Source of the DNA: Trichinella spiralis
Taxonomy: Eukaryota
Reading direction: 5' to 3'
Assembly (NCBI RefSeq): GCF_000181795.1
Contig: NW_003526943.1
Coordinates: 9,842,849-9,906,848, forward strand
Length of the DNA: 64,000 nucleotides
Position numbers and translations under genes: made by a program. The notes beneath the pieces are model-generated. The model was not told where the DNA came from. It made no database searches and was given only the letters and a program-made list of their open reading frames with translations. Below, one piece after another: positions 1 to 12,446 of this stretch (positions within the stretch are counted from its first letter, which is position 1; each line of letters begins with the position of its first letter).

Positions 1-809
1 TATTGTTGACATTTTATTTTTACAATTTTTACATTATTTCATACACGCAGAAATATTTTAACTAGCTTTCCAAATGCACAAATCTTTTAACGTTGATTGC
101 TATACGCTTTGCAATAAAAGTAAATTTAAAAAATTTTCAACAAGATAAATTTTGAACAGTTGCGCATCATTTGAAAATTATGTCACTACTAACTAATAAC
201 AGTTAAGCGCAATTAGTTGAAATTTGTTTGCTGTTTAAATCATTATCTAAAACAGATCACTAGCTTTTATTGGTCTTTACTTGAACAAACACAACGGCAA
301 GAATGTCAAGATATTCGTTTAATTTGTGCGGTGCAATGCAGAAAAATAGTAGTTTGGGAACATAATTAACAAATGATAAAAAGTAAGAAGCTTATGACGT
401 CAGTGAAGAAGTAAAAGTTGTGAAAATAAATTTTTAACAGTAATAAATTGATTTTTTCAAAAAAAATTCCAAATTTAAAATGTTCAAGCAGTGTCTAAAA
501 TGTAGCATTAATCAAGCAAGCATCAGTTCTGCTAAACAAAACAAAAGAAGCTTCTAAAATTATTGCTTTCTGTCAAGCGCTTCAAATGATGCCTCATAAT
601 GTCATAAAATGTGAAATATTCTCCAAGTTTAGCGAATTTCAGAATTTAAAATTCAAATAAGTCTATGACACAGCCTATGGTGTATTTATTAATTGAAATG
701 CCATATTTGATAGCGATTTACGATTAGTCAAGATGAATTATTTCAAAAAAATTTTATTTATACAAAAAATTGACAAATTTTATCAAAAACTCAAACATCA
801 AAAATATTA

Positions 810-2155
810 TTAATCAATCACAACTGAGCTGGCCATTTGATCGATTCCACAGACACCTTTTCCTCGATAGAGGTAATAGTACCCCTTTTCACCCCAATTA
901 GGACCCCAGCTATTTTTGATGATCCAATAAGGAGTAGACCAAAACAGACTTTCTTTGACATCATAACCCACAATTGTTACACCATGATTAATTCCATCCG
1001 GACTACACATTAAACGGCTAGGATGAGCAATTCCGCTACGGTAGAACATCATGGCATCTGCATTGAGACCAACCGCAACTGGGCCATTTTCGCTCACATA
1101 GCGTGCAATCGCATCTTCATCTTCAGGTAGCACAACTGTATCGTTGATGTAAACCTAAAACTCAACGTTTAGAAAAAAATGCATTTTTGGGATAACTAGT
1201 GAACGTATTATAAACCAAAAATAACCACTACGTACCGCACTCTTGGTGTGGTTGAATTTGCATTTGCCTGATCTGGCTGTATACTTGTAGTCTTCTTCTT
1301 TTTCAAGACCACCCAGACGAATGATTTCCAAATAAGCGTTAACAGGAAGTCCTCCTTCGCAGCCGTCGTCCAAACGATCGCAATCAACCAACTGCTGTTC
1401 AGAGAGTGAAATAAGTTGAGCAGTTTTTACTGCCCAAGCTCCTTCAATATTTGCAACTGTACAAAATGCCCAACAAGAGCCACAATTTCCTAAAAGAAAA
1501 TAATAATAAAATTAAGCAATAATAATAATAATTAGTATTTCTCAAATTTAAATATAAAATAAAATACCTTGGTCTTTTACAGATGTGACGGCATTGAATT
1601 TTCTCCAGTCCATTCGCTCGCTGATGTTCGATTTGGGAATATTTGCCATACGTTTTGGTTTTTTCACATTGTTTGGGTTGAAATTCAGGTGGGTTTTGCG
1701 AAATTCTTCTGGTGTCATATCGGCAAAAATTGTGGGGCCATAAATAGCTGTTCCTGAGAAAAAATATAAAAATGGATTCTAATTTCACAAGTCAAGTCGA
1801 ACGAGATGATGATAAACCAATGATTAACTTAGTGCTTACCTTGTTCTTCTTCTTGTAATCGTTTTGCAATGACCATATTGCTCTTGAAGATGTTGTATTT
1901 TTCTGCTGTAAGTTTCTCTGTTTCGTACCATTTGTTGAATTCGACCATGAATTGTTTAAAATTTTCCCAAGATCTCGCTTCTTTGGCATTCATTTCTGGC
2001 AAAAGCTTCAGCAAAAGATTTTTGTCGAATTTACTATCCATGTACCGTTCCAAGTGATTGACATTAGTGAAAAGCGGTCTCTTTTGCTTCATTGGCAATG
2101 CCCAGGTGCAGTAAAATAGGCAAAATAGAAAAACTGTACATTTTACGGAAACCAT
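810..2155 (-). CDS. CTSF: Cathepsin F-like papain-family (C1A) cysteine protease, 4 exons
   Basis: Exons about 2155-1840, 1753-1568, 1489-1236, 1154-810 with GT-AG introns. Signal peptide (MVSVKCTVFLFCLFYCTWA) and an I29 propeptide with ERFNAQ-like EKYNIFKSNMVIAKRLQEEEQG. Catalytic motifs QGNCGSCWAF, INHGV and IIKNSWG. Confidence 0.93.
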
Positions 2156-4340
2156 AATGATGCCGTTCAAAATGACAAAAGTGTGTACGCATCCTTCTTT
2201 TCACAGAAGGTTATTTATATAGTTTCCAAGAAAACCATCCGCGTAGGCTAATATTTTGCGTCAAGACAGATAGCATTATCAAATTATCAACTTTTACTGA
2301 GTTTGTATAAAAAAAATTTAATCTTCAAGATTGTGCCTACTGCTTTGCATGGTTTTGTAAACTTTTTTCTTGCCAATGTTTTGGAAGAATGCTTTACGTG
2401 TTGCGTTGCTAATCTGAATTTTAAAGAATGAAGGTCCAATTTAAACACAAACTGGTAAACAAGCATAATTTACAGTCAAACTGCTATCTGAACATTTCAA
2501 TAAACATTTTAATCTTTTTCCTCTTGTTTCCTTTTATTTTATACGGTCAGTTTGCCTTTGTGCAACTTGATAGATTAAACAGAATAGTAAATTAGCAAAT
2601 TTGCATATTAGTGATTCAAATTTGAAATTATCTTTTGTTCAAAATTTTTCTTTCCAATGCGTAGCTGCTTTATCAGTATTTTAAATTTAGCAGTTTCATG
2701 ACGCACATTTGCTTCATCAGTTCAGTAGTTTATGAAAATTACGTAACGAGTGTATAATTTGAATTCAAATAATGAATTAACTTGTTAATTTGGTATAATA
2801 AATTTACCACAGTTAACAGTGGGTCCAATTATGCATCTTATGGGATTTTAAAGTAGCCAATTAAAAGTGTTCTCAATCGAAAAGCATAATCATTTATTGC
2901 TTAAATTTCAATTCTCTTACACAACTTATTGTGGTAGGAAATCAATCATCATTTTCCACGCAGTTCAACTGCTAACCCTTTGTGTATGGTCGAAAATAAA
3001 ATTGTCATTATTTTTCTTTCTTTTTTTTTGTTAATTTAACAATCATGATTGAATAAATTTCATCATTATACTGGAAAATGCTTTTTTAAAATTTAAATTG
3101 AATTATAGTAAATAACCACGTGAAGCATTCATCTATTTACCGCAATATAAAGTTTCCTGTAAATTTGCAAATAATGCTCCATATGCATAATAGGTTTTTA
3201 TTTAAAGTTACTTAAAACATTTTGCATTATTTTTTTTTATTTTGTTTGAAATTTTTGAAATGCTGAACTTGTCAGTAGATTTGTTTCAATTAGCTTTTAG
3301 CATTTTTGCGCTTCAAGTATAAAAGCTGAAAGCAACATTTTCGAAGTGAAAATCATGCAAATTATTTCATCGTGCCGAAAAAACGCAGCTGGATGTGGAA
3401 AGCACCGGTAATGAGTACAATGCATTAAAATGTTTTCCAAGCTAATTTCAAGAAGCATATTCAAATATGACCGACAACTGGGGGAAAAAAAAGTTTTTCT
3501 CAAGTTATAATGGTTTCAGTTTGAATGTGGATTGACCAGTGGCAAAATACGTATGCTGATGTTTTGCAAATAAAAAAAGCTAGCAAGTTGAATGAAGTGG
3601 AATCTTCTGCATGTATTAAATAAAGTAAGCGCAAATTGATGAAGCGCAAACTTATTTATTATTCATTCATTCATTGGAGAATATTTTTGCAAATTAATTG
3701 CCCCATTGTTCATCATTCAACGTGAACTTGAAGTTGAAAATGAACAGACGGTTGCAAAATCGTTTTGTTATATGAAAGCAGTTGAATGATTAAAAAAATG
3801 CTAACACAAAGCTGGAAAAGTTGGCGGAGATTTGCATCACCGGCAGACATTTGAAATGATAAATAAATCATCAATTTGACGTTCATTACTGTTTGTTAGT
3901 TTTGCTGGAACAACTTTTCATTCATCAATCAACCCTGATGCTATTTATTATGCAAAGTTGCAACTCATTTTCTCATCAATATTTCAACATTCTCTGACTT
4001 GGTCTCTATTTTAAGCTGAAAATTTATTTATTATACATTCAATATAAACCATAAAAAATAAATTAATAAATATTTTTCTTTGTCCATTTTTATTGAATAA
4101 AATAACTATTTAATAAATCATAGAATGTTTTTGAAGTTTCCAATATAAAAGCAGAACAAACAAAGTAGTCTAACAATGCGTTGTAAATGGAAAATTATTT
4201 TTGCTTCTTCATTTGCAAAATTTGGGCAATTATTATTATCATTGTCTCAAAGGCAAAGCTCTAATGTTGCTTTCTTTAGTGAATAGAAAATTTAAATTTG
4301 CTAAAGCAAATGAATGATAATGAGAGAAGATGATTCGAAA

Positions 4341-5898
4341 TTAGCATTGATTCAAAGTTTGCTGACAGTACAATAAATTCGGGTGTATTATGCTTGCCAC
4401 TGAAAGTTGTGCTTCTGGACTATATTGTAACAGTGCCGGTGAATTGTAGCTGAACATCGATGGAAATGAGAACGGCTTCAACGGAGAAACTTGGGGAATT
4501 TTGAATTTCTCGGCTTCGGCTTCTTGCAAACGCTTCGCTTTGGCTCGTCGGTTCTATAAAATATGCTTTCTTCTCAACTGTTTGTTCATGGAGCAGAATT
4601 GAAGATTTCAAAAATTCAATCTTTTTTTTACCTGAAACCAAATTTTCACTTGAGTTTCTGTCAAATTCAGCGAGCTGGAAAATTCCGCTCTTTCCGCCAC
4701 GCTCAAGTACTGCTTTTGTCTGAATTTTCTTTCCAAACTGAGAAGTTGCTGCGTTGTGAACGGTGTTCTAGGCTTACGATTCCCTTTGTGCTTCCGAAGC
4801 TGACATTTGTCAATTGCTCTCAACTGTTGTCGTTCGTTGTCTGAAATTACCAATTTTCATTATTTTCATATGCAAAAATTTTTTTTAATTAAAAAAAATT
4901 CAATTACAAAATTTGACTGGATAATTTACAATTTTTGCATTCAAAATTGCAAACGTGCACAAACAAATTCGTTCCTTCGATTGAAAATTACCAAATTATT
5001 TACCACCTCAGCTTGATGGTTGGTTGAAAACATAAACAACTTTAAATTCACATATTTTTTAATGTAAACAACAAATATTATTTTTTTGAAAAATTTATGT
5101 TATTCTATCTGAATAAATATATAAATGACTGCTGTTTTAAGACTGAAACAACAAGCGCCATATGCGCTTCTTATATTTATAGAACAAATAAGCACATTAG
5201 CACTTCATTGCTAAAAATAAAGTAAAATTTTGACAGCACTTTACATGCCGTGTACTTATTATCACTGATCACACACTAATTAAGAAAGTTTACTTGTTTT
5301 TTTTCTCTTCACAAATCTTATTTCCTTACAAATCTGTACAGATGATTTTTACAATTTTTCAACCAATTCGAAACAATGTCAACTTTTGAAGAATTTAATT
5401 TTATCATTCAGAAATTGAATATATTATTAAAATTGATACGAAATGGAATTAATTCAACAAAGGTGATTAAAATTTAAAAAAAAAGTAGATAAATATGCAA
5501 AAATTACTGTTCTGACTTGGCTGAGCCCACGGTTGAGGTGGAAACTGTGCTGAATTGAACGCTAATCCCATTTCAGCAGACACTGGCAAAACTGACAAGG
5601 ATGATATGAAATTCAAAGAGGCGGATGATGATTTCGCGCTAATATTGCCGTCGCTCTTGTCGGTCCCGTTGAGTAAATTTTCATCATGCAAACCGTGAAC
5701 AACAGTCGACTTAGCAGCGGCCAGTGTGGTAGAACTGTCAGTTTTCGTTGAAATTGAAGCCTTTTGTAATTGTTGCTTTTTATTTGCATCATCCGACGAC
5801 GAACTGAAAACACTTTTGGACGGTTTGTTGATGATCGCATCCACTCCGAAGGTTAACATCTTGCCTGGAAAGTTGACCGACTTGACGACGTTGGTCAT
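4341..5898 (-). CDS. MSX: Msx/msh-class homeobox transcription factor (vab-15-like), 3 exons
   Basis: Exons 5898-5508, 4840-4632, 4553-4341. Homeodomain [69 protein letters not shown] is typical of Msx. N-terminal eh1 motif (FGVDAII) and PWAQ hexapeptide-like motif. Confidence 0.95.
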
Positions 5899-6269
5899 CG
5901 TTGTGTGCAGTATTGTTATAGTTATAAATTATATTAATAATTGTATTCACCGTATAAAAAGTGAACGAAGGAAGAAGATTCACAGTCAATCTCTGTTTCT
6001 TCTCAGTGAATGAAAACGAGGAAATTTTTCAGTCGCCGTTTGGTGCAGTCACTTCCGTTCTGGCAGAGCCGATGCATCTGAAAGTGGCGTTCGCATTTTA
6101 AACGGCGGTTGGCCCATTTAAAAGCGATCATTTTTGCCCGAAACAGTATAATTTTAAAGTTGAAATGTTCCAAGTTGTTAATGTTCAACCGGGCAAATGC
6201 CTTGTGGACAATTTTCCTCTTTCTTTCATTACCTCCGCTAATTGAATTCTGTCGAGCAACGTCCACATC

Positions 6270-6405
6270 CCCATTGGCTGATGACGTTCATCCATTTCGG
6301 CTATTGGCAAGCGCACAACTACCGTAATCAACTTGATGACATATTAATGTTCCTGTTGGTTAAAAAGTTTGTTTTCACAACGGCATTTCAACTATCCGCC
6401 CAATC
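6270..6405 (-). promoter_or_regulatory. Putative Msx proximal promoter with CCAAT, CRE-like and GC-box motifs
   Basis: ATTGG at 6273-6277 and 6303-6307, TGACGT at 6282-6287, and CCGCCC overlapping CCAAT at 6396-6404, in a locally GC-enriched stretch 0.4-0.5 kb upstream of the Msx ATG. Confidence 0.4.
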
Positions 6406-6954
6406 ATTAGCGTTGATTTAGCAATAATGACTCGGCGTCATTTGGCGGCTACTTCTGAGACTTGTTTAATGCTGCGATTGATGTGCTGAACTGAGTTGGT
6501 GGTGTTCAGAGAAAGAGAAAAAAAATGCAAAGAACAATTTCTTTACTTAATCAACGTTCCCACTTGCCATTCCACTACCAACCGCTGGTAGATTGATTAC
6601 TGTGAAATTTGATGATCAAATCATCGAACTTGTCATGCCCAACAGACGTCAATTTCAAGCACCAATCTGCAACAAACACTATCCTGAAATATTTGTTCAA
6701 TAATATGTTTCTGTACGCATATGTTTAATTTTCACATTTCCTTCTGGTCAACTACAACAGAAATATGCTGACTGTGTCGTAACTGCACTGCTTGCCAATC
6801 AAACAGTCACAAATGCAAAAAAACCATTCAAAAATTCAACAAAAACAGAAATGCTAAAAGTGAAAAAGAATCTTTAATTGATCAAAATGTAACACTTTTG
6901 TCGTTGAAATTGAATATAATAAGCAAGCAGCTGATCACAGCCGATCAACTGACC

Positions 6955-8394
6955 CTACCTCCCTCTCTTTCCCTCTATCCCCGCTTGATCCCTGCAGTGC
7001 TGCTGAGCTTCCAAAAGTATTTTCAAACGTTCACCAGTGACAGCAGTCATATTTGTATGATCCGTCGAAGCTGTTTCGCCATTTTCGAATGATCTCAAAA
7101 ACCGCGTCACATCGTTCGGATACAACGGACCCAGTTGAAATAACAACTGCAAACATGCAGATTGCAAATCTTTCGACAAATTCTTCTTGCTTGTCAACAA
7201 TTTATGCACTGATTTCAACAAAATCAACGAGTCGAACTGTGGCAAATTCACACAAGCATCGAACAAATAATTGAGCAACAGAAGCACAATCACAAGTTGA
7301 GCAGAGTCTTCAATGTCGGCACTGTCACCCGATTGAGCAGCGTTCACTACTGGAGTCAGTAGGCGATCGCTGACTGTAGTAGAATAATCAGCCAGCTTGT
7401 CTTGAGCAAATATGAATTGTATCTGACGTACTTTCGGCATGCATGAAGTATTCAGACAGAGTTCGTCGTTCTCGTTTCGACCAGTTGAACCAAGCCAAAT
7501 CACTTCGAGCAAAATCTGATTGACGTACGACGGCGCGTCCACAACACTGGGAAGCTCTTGCAAATCACAATAGTGAAGCGTCAGTCGTGTCGCTTTCTCT
7601 TTGGCAACGTTGTTCAATAGAATATTAAAGCCAACGGAAAAAAAATTCGGCATTCCATTGGTTTCGCTGAACAGAAACTTGCGAAACGCCACTGGCCAAG
7701 TGACCATCACTGAGAGCAACATTTCCAAACTGTTGGTCGAATTGGAATAGAAAATGTCCCCAATCAGAACACCAATCGGATCCATTTCATTCAAAATTCT
7801 GCAAATCAGTGTGTAAAATCGGCAAAGTGCTTGCTTCACTGACGAAGAACAACTTTCAGTCGAATATACGCAAAGCCTCAATTCTCGGAGAAGTGAATTG
7901 AAAAAATTGTTCTTCAACTCCGGACGATATGACATGATCGCGTCCAACAACTTTATCATATTGAAATCTTTTTTCACCATCAACGGTGCAAGCGGTGGAT
8001 CTTTGAAAATTTTCAAATTCCACAATACCGGCACCAAATCAACAGGCTGAAGCGAGATGACATTCACCACGCTTTTAACCATCACATCGGAACCGATCGA
8101 CGGAAATAAGTCCATCAATTCTTTGGCCACGTTGAATTCAGTTTTGTGATTGTAAATGTGCTTTTCCATTGCAAAATCTGACAAAACGCCTTCAAACGCT
8201 TGAAAATTTTCCGCACTGTTGCAAAACATAGGCTTGCAGCAAACTTTCACACAGCAAGACTGTTTACTGTTTTTCCATATTTCCCCTTGTACTACTTCCG
8301 GATCTCCATTCTGATTGCAAGGTTGTTTTGCAAGATTGGCAACTTTCTCTGACTGACATTCATCGAGCATTTTGGTCTTTCTACTCACCTTTTC

Positions 8395-8428
<34 letters not shown>

Positions 8429-11053
8429 TCATCATGAATAGCTAATCCCAAACTGTCATCACTGTCACTGTCTGAAGCATATTCCACACATTTGTCCACA
8501 GATAATTTGTGATTCAGTTGACTAGTAGTAGTAACTGTTTGCTGCGCATCCGGCACTGCAATGAATCTTTTCTCTTTAATGGTGACACCTAATGAATAAG
8601 TTTCAGTGGGAATTTCTGCAACAGCAAATTCAACTTCCGCTGAAGATTCTTTAACTTCAGCTCGCACATCTTCTGAAACAAGCTCCTAAAAACAAAATAT
8701 ATCATTAAATAGAAAACTGGAACAAAAATATAAAAAATACAGGTATAGGACTCAAAGGAGGCAGGATAATTCTTTTCAAAGATGACATGACAATGTCAAC
8801 ATTCAAATTGTTCAATGGTCCAATATTTTTCTCTACAAGCGATTCTTTTCTGGCGCATGTTGATTGAATATCCTTCATAGGGCTTAACTTTCCCATTTTA
8901 AAATGATTTTCCATCGCTGGAATAATTTTATCATATAGCAGAGATGTGTCACATTCATCATCTTTCTCTTTCGCTGCTTCATGAGGAATAAAAGTTGAAG
9001 AAGAAGAAGAAGAAGCGGGAGGTAGTGATTTCGGTGGTTCTGTAGAATTCTTCGAACTTTCTGTACATTTGCTTATTAGTTGCAAATGTGGTGAAGACGG
9101 AGCTACTGCTGCTGCTGGTGATTGGGAATGGCCATTAGAAATTCTCGACGAGATCTTCTTTGCACCTTTTAATTTCCGATCTTTAATCGATACATTACTA
9201 TTTTCTGGATTCGTTAAAAATGGCACTGGATTATGGATAACTTCATTTGCAGGCACTGAAGAACACTGAATCAAAGGGGAATGAGCAACGTCTGTTGGCT
9301 TGATTGAAAGCAACGGTAGAGATTGACTTTGTTCATTATGAACGTCATCCATTTTCGCCTTTTTCGGAACTTCATTTCCATTACTTTCAGACGTAGATAA
9401 ATCCTTCAACAGTTCAGCCTCCAGTTCAGATGCAATCTCAGTAATACTGTCTACCATATCTTTGTCAACTTCAAGATGTTTCTCTCTTGGCAATGGAACT
9501 TCACTCGAAGATGCTGTTACAGTTTTATCTTTTACGAAAGCTGAAGAACGCGCTATTTCTCTTTCCCAAGAATCAGCATCGGGAGATATTCCCCGAGATC
9601 TTTCCAGTTCATCATCTTCTACTTGGGTACGTACAGATTTCATCTGCTTCATTAAACTTTTTTCACCCTGACTAACTCCACTCTCTTCTCCAGTATGGCA
9701 AATACACTGAGAAGGGGGAGGAGGTAAATTTCGCTTTAAATCTAAACAATAAATGAAATATCCATTGGAAAAAATTATCAACTTGGAAGTGTCTTACCAT
9801 AATGACGCTTGAATATTTTGCCCCACATTAAACAAATTCTCTTTTCATCAAGCAGTGAACTTTTCTTCTTCAAAACATTTTTCTGAGAAATGTCTTTTTC
9901 GGCAAGCTGCAGCAGTTGTTCTGTTTCTGCGTTCTTTTGAATCAGAGACGTATTCTTCGCATTAAGTTCAGCATTTTTTGAAGATAATTCTTTAATTCGA
10001 AGCTCATATTTAAAACTGTTAAGTTTTTCAACCTAAATTTATAATATACCATTATGCATTCCAGAATGACCAAAAATTAACCAAAAAAATTACAGCTTGA
10101 TAACCTTCATTATACAATAGCTTCTTCAATTTAATTGTTAAACAAAACCCTGCTCCTCAACTAAACCATTATCAAATTTTTACTAAATCCAATATGCAAT
10201 AAAAGACCGGCTTCTATGTGGAATGTTCGATTCCAACGAACAATAAAAAATTCATAAATGAACAAAGATTTTAATTAAAATACTTTCAAATCTCAAATTT
10301 CATATTCTCAAACAAACAATCACATAACAAACTCTAGAAATCAAGTCTACAAAGATATCAACAAAAATAAAAAGCAAATGAAAAATATGTATACAAAGCA
10401 GAAGTTATATGTAGTTGCAAATAAAGCTTTCCAAAAAGCTTCTTTACTAATCTCACTCAACTTCTGTTTTGAAATTATTCTTGGCTTAGATAGCAAACAA
10501 CATATAGGCCACACACCATATAAATAAAAAAGAAATATAGATATCATAATGTAGCGCTCGTCGGCGCTACGTGATCTCGGACCGTCACACGGTCGCCGTC
10601 ACAATAATTTATCAGAAATTCATAATTATCAAGTTTTAAACTGCTCAGTTTATCCCACAAATATTAAAATTGCATTACACAAACTTATTTTCATTGTTAA
10701 CGCACTTACCTTCAACTGTTCTAACAATTCCGTAATTGTACTTTCGTCTGCTCTTGCTTTTGCTTCATAAACCTGCAGTTGACTCAATAATAACAAATGA
10801 TCATCATTCGCTTTCTGTAAGTTCTGCTTCAACGTTTCAACAACTTGCATAAATCGGGAAATATATGATGATTTCTCAACTAATTTGCGTTTTAAATTTT
10901 CATGCTCCTAAAAGTAAACAATTCAACTCTCACTATTAAAAAATGTATGCGTCAAACTTTTTCCAGAGCACGCAGACGACAGTTGGCTACATCCACGGAT
11001 AAAATCTGCTGCTTTAACCAAGATATGTTGCTCTTTTCTTCGGATGTGCCCAT
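6955..11053 (-). CDS. Large (about 1090 aa) protein with N-terminal coiled coil, low-complexity middle and helical C-terminal domain; ICE1 (little elongation complex subunit 1)-like
   Basis: Five exons of about 11053-10958, 10907-10710, 10033-9797, 9742-8742 and 8686-6955, starting MGTSEEKS...ALEK|EHENLKRKL. The C-terminal motif ALCRFYTLICRILNE...LLSVMVTWP resembles my recollection of the ICE1 C-terminal domain. The gene is well supported; its identity is an inference. Confidence 0.75.
10550..10603. mobile_element. 54-bp GC-rich micro-element with TGT...ACA termini, ATAA target-site duplication and two hairpins
   Basis: ATAA at 10546-10549 and 10604-10607 flanks TGTAGCGC...CCGTCACA. Stems are GTAGCGC/GCGCTAC and GTGA..GACCG/CGGTC..TCAC. 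It lies in AT-rich intron 2 of the ICE1-like gene. Confidence 0.5.
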
Positions 11054-12446
11054 ACTTTCATTACTAAAAATAACCACAGACTGCCTATAGGCTGAATTAA
11101 TAATATATAAAATGCACAACTTTCAATACTTGAAAGGCCAAATTTCATCAAAACTTATCTTTACGGTTCTCGTCAATCGTGATGTAAATTATACCATTTT
11201 ATAAGGGATACTGAAATATTATATCGTATTAATTGAAGTACTTGTGCATTTCTGATAGATAATAAAGTATTTTCTAAATTGTTTTAAAAAGTCAATAACA
11301 TAAACAAAATTTAACGTACTGTAATACAGTATAATAATAATGAAGTGCAACATCTTGATTATCTTAAAACAAAATATCTTAACTGTTATATTTTATATTG
11401 AATAATATCATAAAATAAAAAAAAATTAACATTTAAACCTAACTTTTAACTTTTAAAATTTGCTGATTAACAATTTGTTACAATTTAGAACAACGTTTTT
11501 AAATAGCATCATGATTAGCCTATTACTTTCTTATTACTTTATTGTTATTTAAAATCATAAAAATTGAAAATTTAATATGTTTACTAGTGTAGATAATTAA
11601 ATTTTAAAATATATGTGCAAATAAAATTCCAAGGCATATGTGCAAATCAGGAACATTTGCTTGTGAGCGAATCATACGAAAATCAGTTTAAACCAATAAA
11701 ATTAAAGAACCAACAAATCTTTGTTAATTGCGTTAATAGTAAAACTCAGGCAAAAATTCGTCGTAAATTGGACCGTTTCATTGTTTTATAATTATTTTAA
11801 AGAACACTGAAAATACATGAGAACAACCAAAGACAGTGTTGTAAAGAGAACACTTTTGAAAATTGCTGATTTTGTCATGTAAATTGTTTCTGTAAAAGTT
11901 TGTCTTTATGCTATTACGAGTCACATTTAGATATATCCAATTCATAACTTTAAAGAAAGTAATGATACTTCATAAAGCAATTCATCAGTTTAAGAGAGCA
12001 TACATTGAATGTTCACTTGATTCATCTAAATGAACATTGTTCTGTTATTTGTTCTGACACAGCGCTTCCTGGTGAACAAAACTGGTGAGTGATTGCTGCA
12101 CTATTACAATGAGTAAATTTTTTAAATCAATAAAGTTTAACATTTTATTTTGATTATTAAATATATTTTTAAAGCAGATTTTTAGATGAAGAAAAAATAT
12201 AAAACATATGTGAGCAAATAAACTTTAATTTCATATATTTTTAATAATTAGATTTAATTAAGTTTACTTGAATTAACTGTATCTGCTAATGCTGATTGTT
12301 AAAACAGAAATGGAGTAAAAATAAGCGTTTGGTTTTTCTGAAACTTATAGTTAAAGTAAGCATACATTTTTTTTCTAATTTCTATAAAACAGCTGTTTTA
12401 ATAAGCATGATTTTTGAAAATTAAATTAATAAAATTAAAGTGAAAT

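Noticed and set aside
8395..8434. (CCA)n(TCA)n trinucleotide run
   Set aside because: It encodes the poly-Asp/poly-Gly tract inside the ICE1-like exon and is ordinary coding low complexity.
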